A DNA stretch of 64,000 nucleotides from Basidiobolus meristosporus CBS 931.73 (Eukaryota > Fungi > Basidiobolomycota): positions 1-64,000 of the forward strand of contig MCFE01000452.1 of NCBI GenBank assembly GCA_002104905.1, given 5' to 3'. The notes beneath the pieces are model-generated. The model did not search any database. It saw only the letters and a list, made by a program, of their open reading frames with translations, and had not been told where the DNA came from. The position numbers and the translations under genes are program-made. This document shows, in pieces, positions 61,811 to 64,000 of this stretch. Position 1 is the first letter of the stretch, and every line of letters begins with the position of its first letter.

Positions 61811-62650
61811 TTAGCTCTCACGCTTTGACCAATGGACATCCCGGAAACCAACCTAGGGGCTAAATCGACGCCACCTAAAGCGATATGCTCTTACTTATCC
61901 TTGTACATTGAATATCAGAATGTATGCGAGTTAGTTGACAAAATTGGGGATCCTACAATGTCGCGCTTGATTTTCCATGGAATCTGAAGTACACCATTAC
62001 TACCCACGCTGTACCCCAAGCATACGCAAAACTTCAATTGCGGTCGTAAAGATGGGGCTGGCTTCTTCACGATAAAAATCTCCGGTCTAAAAATCCTTCA
62101 CATCCACTGAATGAACTATTTCGAAACACCTAGTCTATATATTCAGATGTATTTTGACTATTATGTGGAAGATTCCATGCTTTCGAAAGCACTAACCTCC
62201 GACAACGTGAGCATTCCTTTGCTGGGGCGAAGGAATGGATTTGATGGTTGATCACTGATCTCCAATGCTGTATATACTAGATTCTTAGAACCCCAAGGAA
62301 TTAAAACGGCGTTAGCCTTATAGATAATTAACTTTCACATTATAAGGAGAATTGGTAATTGATGGTCCCCTAGGTGGAAACCCAAAATAAGGCAGGAACC
62401 TACACCGCATAACTCGGTACTATTAGGTAATAGCACATTATCAGTAATCACAACGTTGGTTTCCCCCTTCCAGATTATCATAATTAGCTGGCAAACATAT
62501 CTTCGAGGACCAACTTCAATACACCGTTACATACTTCAGTGAGGTAAATACATGATCATTACTCAGTTTCCATCTTTGGTTGAACTTCGTCAGAACTTTA
62601 TTTCAGGAGGCAATAATATTTCTCCTACATAGGTCACTCGCGCATTTCCT

Positions 62651-62950
62651 CTACTTTCTGCACCACACCTGCTTGGGGTGTCGCTTCAACCTGGCCAACG
62701 CCCGTTCAAGATCCTTCCTGTTGAAGTCCAGAGTGTAGCTTGGGGCATCCGCGAGACACCTCAATGAAGTCTCGCATATGTAGGTGAGCACACCTCGATC
62801 GCAGAATACGTTGAAGCCATCCTTCCTGAAGATAATCCCTGGGTAGTTCTTTGGGGTGAATGGATTTCTGCGTGGAGAATCCGCTTTCGCCCCTTGGCCA
62901 AGGCACAGTACGGATATAAAGATAAGCGCTAGAGCGGAGATGTTCCTCAT
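62651..62950 (-). CDS. Small secreted protein, same family, paralog 3 (99 aa)
   Basis: Signal-peptide-like MRNISALALIFISVLCLGQGAKA, then RR-NPFTPKNYPGIIF and four Cys aligned with paralog 1. Confidence 0.88.
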   Translation of the reverse strand: MRNISALALIFISVLCLGQGAKADSPRRNPFTPKNYPGIIFRKDGFNVFCDRGVLTYICETSLRCLADAPSYTLDFNRKDLERALARLKRHPKQVWCRK

Positions 62951-63917
62951 ACTGGAAGGTGGAATGTTTGTCGAATGCTCGAAAGGCTGACCTTCTTTCT
63001 ATATTTATGTGATTCTCAATAGCCTCATGGTGATGTGTTGGCTGATCTATTTGCTGGTCAAGCATACATCGCCAAGGCAAATGAGAAGGGATTCGAGAGC
63101 TGAACTGGAAGGGTATAGCCTACAATTTAACGCCATCGTGAAGCGCTTAGTAATACCCGCTGAAAGACCTAGTCGTTAGTCATGCGCAGTTTAAGTTTTG
63201 GTGGATCCAATCAAAGAGCCTTTTAAGTGTGCCATCATCAGTGGGTGTAACTCAAACCCGATAATCATTTAAAACGGCGCACTAAGTCACATATTCTGAC
63301 CAATATAGTACACCTACTCCTACAGACCAACAGTTTCAAACCATTTCGCTTGCCATGTACTCATGTGGCGCCTGGGTTCCAATTAGGTAGCAAAGGTGTA
63401 CGCCTCCTTGGAAATTCAAGACCCATCATATGATGGGAAATCGAGGATCAGTAGAAATAGTGTATAGTTGTTGGCAATATCTCCACAAGTATTGCTACTC
63501 TTCGGGTCCAATGGAATAGATCCTACGAGTGGGAAATCGAAATTCTCGCTGCTTTGTCATTATTTTGCTTTATCTACCTCGGTTAGCCAATAGGTACTCA
63601 ACTGGGAGAACTTTCTGGCATCTGAACAAGCAGATGGGTTGTAAGGTCAGTCATGGACCCCTACCACTGTACGTATCATACTCCGGTGCGCACTATTCTA
63701 GAAAGCAGAAATGCCATTGGTCTATTCAGCATCTGTAGGTACGATCTATAGCCGATTTTATGAAATGTTGGAAATCCATCGAATGTGTTCTGTGGCTTTA
63801 TTTTTGACATTGTGAACAGCATTCGCAGGTATTGATTGCACATTGGTATTGTATAATAGTATTGCTACATGATCCTGTCAATCATTCATCTTCACCATTC
63901 TCATCTGCCTTGCTATA

Positions 63918-64000
63918 TCAGTCCACTGAGTGTCTACATTTTCCCAGCTGCGGATTCTTCTTTATTTCGGCAAGTAGCTCCTCGATCTTGCTCCTGTCAT
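63918..64000 (-). CDS. 3' end of paralog 4, nearly identical to paralog 2, runs off the window
   Basis: 63922-64000 nearly matches 60722-60800. C-terminus ...KKNPQLGKCRHSVD*. Confidence 0.75.
   Translation of the reverse strand, partial: DRSKIEELLAEIKKNPQLGKCRHSVD

Noticed and set aside
62706-63080. 124-aa minus-strand ORF overlapping paralog 3
   Set aside because: Alternate frame of the real gene, with no signal peptide and no equivalent at the other paralogs.

Overview
Eukaryotic, probably fungal (inference), sequence in two compartments. Bases 1 to about 58,900 are a CpG-depleted pile of nested transposons. This part holds four larger copies plus remnants of a ~5.8-kb two-gene CACTA/En-Spm-like DNA transposon (CCCTA-type termini, 3-bp TSD, transposase head-to-head with an unknown repeat-containing ORF) and a 296-bp MITE with the same termini. 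It also holds two Ty1/Copia families (one copy only two lesions from intact), a full-length Ty3/Gypsy element, several solo LTRs and LTR-like inserts, and a cluster of five CpG-decayed tRNA genes (Ser, Ile, Asp, Arg, Gly). From about 58,900 to the end CpG is common again. This part carries a tandem array of intronless genes for ~100-aa secreted, Cys-containing proteins sharing a PFTPxNYPGIIF motif that I cannot assign to a known family: three complete, one cut by the window edge, one pseudogene fragment. All coordinates, alignments and TSDs were read by eye, and no database searches were run.
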